The notes under the pieces: generated by a model | Told to the model about the DNA's origin: nothing | Database searches by the model: none | Seen by the model: only the letters and a program-made list of their open reading frames with translations | DNA from: an uncultured Nitrospirota bacterium | GTDB lineage: Bacteria; Nitrospirota; Nitrospiria; JACRHA01 | DNA: 58,530 nt | Assembly: GCA_964648095.1 (NCBI GenBank) | Contig: CAZYNY010000003.1 | Location: 1 to 58,530, forward strand | Reading direction: 5' to 3' | In this document: piece by piece, positions 56,190 through 58,530 of the stretch | How positions within the stretch are numbered: position 1 is the first letter of the stretch | How the letters are laid out: each line of letters begins with the position of its first letter | Made by a program: the position numbers and the translations under genes

Positions 56190-56272
56190 TCAGTAGTCAG
56201 AATTCAGTAGTCAGAATAAATTCTGTATTCTGTCTCCTGTATTCTGTCTCCTGTATTCTACCTCCTGACTAC
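56175..56272. repeat. Heptamer-lattice imperfect palindrome (family A, copy 2)
   Basis: TCAGAAT/TCAGTAG x6 (56176-56217), AAA, then TTCTGTA TTCTGTC TCCTGTA TTCTGTC TCCTGTA TTCTACC TCCTGAC (56221-56269). It shares the centre AGAAT..ATTCT and the GTCAGAATACAG vocabulary with copy 1. Confidence 0.85.
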
Positions 56273-56294
56273 CGTTTCTTCCTTGTGAATAGTA

Positions 56295-56828
56295 TTAGAC
56301 CGGCCCTGCAAGCCGGATAAAAACAGAAAACAATAAGGCAAGGACTAATATCTGAATGACCCAGCCTACAGCACAGACCCCTACAGCACGTAATGTGCTC
56401 TCATAATCAAGTGCCTGCCTTACTGCAATAACCATTGCAATCAGCATCCAGACCGAAGCTAAAATAAATATGACACTTGTCAATCCCGGGATAATACCTA
56501 ATACCCTGATCAATCCTGGGGAGCTCGAAAATCCGATAGTCCGTAGCATCTCTCCGTAATCTGCCTTTGTCTGCGGGCCCGGGAGTAATCTTGTGCCGAT
56601 AAAATATGTAAGAAAGGCCCAGATAAACCATGCTATGAGGGCCGCGATCGTCCCCATTAAAATCCCGCGGGAACCGCCTTCTCCAATGCTTCCTATGCCT
56701 GCTGCTATACTGGAGAGGATAACAACCCCCATGGCCTGGCCAAATGCCCCTTTGTCAGCCTCGACCTCTTCATATAGATGAACATCTAGTTTAGCTGCCC
56801 GAAAAATGCGATTAACAAAACCTTCCAT
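56295..56828 (-). CDS. Yip1-domain membrane protein
   Basis: Short cytoplasmic N-terminus followed by about 5 TMs, an arrangement typical of bacterial Yip1-family proteins. Assignment is by pattern only. Confidence 0.55.
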   Translation of the reverse strand: MEGFVNRIFRAAKLDVHLYEEVEADKGAFGQAMGVVILSSIAAGIGSIGEGGSRGILMGTIAALIAWFIWAFLTYFIGTRLLPGPQTKADYGEMLRTIGFSSSPGLIRVLGIIPGLTSVIFILASVWMLIAMVIAVRQALDYESTLRAVGVCAVGWVIQILVLALLFSVFIRLAGPV

Positions 56829-56977
56829 TGTCTCTCCTTAATTTGATTAACATTAGTCAATCCTGTTACCTATAACTATGGTTGGTATTTCCCTCATTGT
56901 AATATCATAAATCTCATATAATTCAAATTGATATAAATAGTTATTAAAGTCGTTTATCAATAAGGGTTGCCCCTACA

Positions 56978-57403
56978 TTAAAATAACTTCCGGAACCCAA
57001 GCCCTGCCTCTTCAAAGTGCCTATCAGCTGTTACGACTTCTGAAATACCAAGGGATTTCATTATTACGAAGGAGGAAAAATCAAAGAAAGAAATATACGG
57101 CTTATCACTAAACCTCTTACTCATCTCCCATGCCCTTTCCCATCTTCTCTCATCTATCCTTTCAAGGAGTATCCTCTCCTCTTTAACAGCATCAAGAATG
57201 GTATCAATAAATAGGCCGACCCCTTTAGGATCGGTTCTTCCTCTTAAAAGGGTTATTGTTTCAGCAAGAATAAAATCGGTGGTAACAGGGATGCCTTTCT
57301 TTATAAGAAAGTCCTTGTAATATAAGAAGACTTTTTTATGATTAGCATCATCCTTATGAGCAATCGCCACCCAACCCCAAGTGTCGAAGAAGACCTTCTT
57401 CAT
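56978..57403 (-). CDS. vapC: PIN-domain toxin VapC
   Basis: Start at ATG 57403 (MKKVFFDTWGW). Acidic residues FFDT, LAET, FFDFSS, TADRHF. Confidence 0.85.
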   Translation of the reverse strand: MKKVFFDTWGWVAIAHKDDANHKKVFLYYKDFLIKKGIPVTTDFILAETITLLRGRTDPKGVGLFIDTILDAVKEERILLERIDERRWERAWEMSKRFSDKPYISFFDFSSFVIMKSLGISEVVTADRHFEEAGLGFRKLF

Positions 57404-57666
57404 TTCCTGGATATCCCATATAAGTACCAATCGTGCCGATCTGCCAGATTCTTCGGTCCTTCCCCGCAAACACCTGCTACCGAAAGTAGCCTTTGCGTTA
57501 TTTCACTTTCTATAACTATTTTTTTCTTTTCCTTGCTCTCCACTAACAATTTATCTATAGCCTTTCTGATAATCTCCGCAATCGGTATATTAGAATCCTT
57601 CTGTAGCCTTTCTAACATCTCCTTTTGGTCTTCTTCTAAAAACATTTGGAATCGAACCTTGGACAT
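57400..57666 (-). CDS. RHH-type antitoxin (VapB-like)
   Basis: VRFQMFLEEDQKEMLERLQKDSNIPIAEIIRKAIDKLL. 4-nt overlap with the PIN gene. Confidence 0.75.
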   Translation of the reverse strand: MSKVRFQMFLEEDQKEMLERLQKDSNIPIAEIIRKAIDKLLVESKEKKKIVIESEITQRLLSVAGVCGEGPKNLADRHDWYLYGISRK

Positions 57667-57676
57667 ATAAACCTCC

Positions 57677-57706
57677 TACACATATTCTATTTAAATTATA
57701 TGTGTA
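57677..57706. promoter_or_regulatory. Perfect 9-bp inverted repeat, candidate antitoxin operator
   Basis: TACACATAT (57677-57685), 12 nt, ATATGTGTA (57698-57706). It starts 11 nt upstream of the antitoxin start codon. Confidence 0.45.
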
Positions 57707-57874
57707 TGTCAACCCCTATAAATTTCTCTTTGCAATCACCATTGAACAACAATCAAGCTCTCTCTTTATAGTGCTGCTTTCTCCTTTTTATGGGATTGTA
57801 TAAACCATTGAGAATTATACCCATATTTGAATTCGCATACATCAATATTACAGTGTCTCTTATATCTCTAAATG

Positions 57875-58411
57875 CTATTTTACCGGAGGATACTGTGCAA
57901 CTGTGACCCTTAATTTTATCCAATCAAAGAACATCTGGCGGACAGTACCTGTGGTCACGGTTTTAGTCTTAAAGTCCATGATTTCTAAGGTAATACGATA
58001 GAGATGGTCAGAGCCCACATAAATTCTACCTTTCTGAGCCGCAACAAATTCCAACTGATTTGCTTCTGTATCAGGCAGTATTGTAATAGGTGAACTATAC
58101 CCATATAATTCCACCAGGATTCCTGCTATTCCATAAACCGTTTCTGTTTGTGTCTTTATTTCCTCAATACGGAGGATTTTAGCAGTAAAACCAACAGATC
58201 TTTTTGTGACAATTTTGCAGACAGGTTTCAGTATGCTAGCTCTTATATATTTATGGGATGAGCCGAGCAACAAATCATCTTTTCGGGGTTGGTCACTGTA
58301 GGTTTTCATTTCTTCATATACATCAATGAAACATGTCTTATCTTCAATAATCACTTCCTTTTTTTCTATCTCAGAGGAAAATGCGTATTCCGAATCCGCT
58401 GTTTTCAACAT
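57875..58411 (-). CDS. Hypothetical protein, no recognisable motif (178 aa from ATG 58411)
   Basis: Long clean ORF. ATG 58411 forms a TAATG stop/start overlap with the upstream partial ORF. The ORF-track start at 58441 is TTG. Confidence 0.55.
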   Translation of the reverse strand: MLKTADSEYAFSSEIEKKEVIIEDKTCFIDVYEEMKTYSDQPRKDDLLLGSSHKYIRASILKPVCKIVTKRSVGFTAKILRIEEIKTQTETVYGIAGILVELYGYSSPITILPDTEANQLEFVAAQKGRIYVGSDHLYRITLEIMDFKTKTVTTGTVRQMFFDWIKLRVTVAQYPPVK

Positions 58412-58530
58412 TAAGGCAATAATATGCTCTTTTTTTGCCAAATGTCTTTTTTAACACCACCTCCTACTACCTTTCCAACCAGTCCAACCACTGGCAAGGC
58501 ATCCTCAGCTTTAATCCATCCATGCTGTGT
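58412..58530 (-). CDS. 3' end of an unidentified gene (continues beyond window end)
   Basis: Hand translation gives ...TQHGWIKAEDALPVVGLVGKVVGGGVKKDIWQKKSILLP-stop (TAA 58412-58414). The frame is open to the window edge. Confidence 0.4.

Noticed and set aside
1-58530. Scan of all spacers longer than 80 nt for tRNA, rRNA, tmRNA, RNase P, SRP or 6S-like genes.
   Set aside because: No cloverleaf-compatible sequence and no spacer long enough for the larger RNAs. The largest spacers are promoter regions or the repeat elements described above.

Overview
This is a 58.5-kb chromosomal segment from a diderm bacterium, roughly 40-45% GC by eye. It carries Kdo/heptose/lipid A genes, a type II secretion operon and System II cytochrome c maturation. 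The gene content and repeat style suggest an uncultivated Desulfobacterota- or Nitrospirota-like lineage, but that is a guess I cannot test here. All protein calls come from reading motifs in the supplied translations; no database search was run.

Layout:
- 1-6.7 kb (minus): DUF502, glmU, glmS, gspC, gspD, gspE (5' part).
- 7.0-16.7 kb (plus): chemosensory cluster cheW, very long MCP, cheW, Zn-ribbon/receiver, all-HEAT protein, cheR, cheB, coiled-coil GAF, cheY. No cheA is present.
- 16.7-21.2 kb: purQ, purL, purF.
- 21.2-22.1 kb: REC-GGDEF regulator.
- 22.4-28.5 kb: ccsB, ccsA, two TlpA-like thioredoxins, ccdA, htrA, lgt.
- 28.5-36.6 kb: accessory islet. It holds two orphan antitoxin-like ORFs, a decayed IS630 transposase, a lipoprotein operon with two paralogous small membrane proteins, a TumA/TumE-like pair, a NarL-type two-component system, relBE and vapBC.
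- 36.6-39.8 kb: MacAB-like efflux.
- 39.8-43.9 kb: TrkA_C protein, DUF4388/pseudopilin-like fusion, TPR/zinc-ribbon membrane protein.
- 43.9-54.4 kb: plsY, pgsA, lpxL-like, kdsC, kdsD, kdsA, pyrG, kdsB, heptose kinase, lepB, lepA.
- 54.6-58.5 kb: SPFH, YqgE/AlgH, Yip1, a second vapBC, and an unknown coupled gene pair that runs off the window.

I found no rRNA, tRNA, CRISPR array, integrase or intact transposase. The little non-coding DNA is dominated by several families of short structured repeats:
- heptamer-lattice palindromes
- hexamer-lattice hairpins
- a GC-rich element
- double-hairpin CCCCTC elements
- a 37-nt direct repeat
- a duplicated gene leader

Best candidates for something undescribed:
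- the kinase-less chemosensory module with unusual accessory proteins
- the lipoprotein operon with LI(K/R)W tails
- the DUF4388/pseudopilin-domain fusion cluster
- the lattice repeats, one of which lies inside the gspD reading frame
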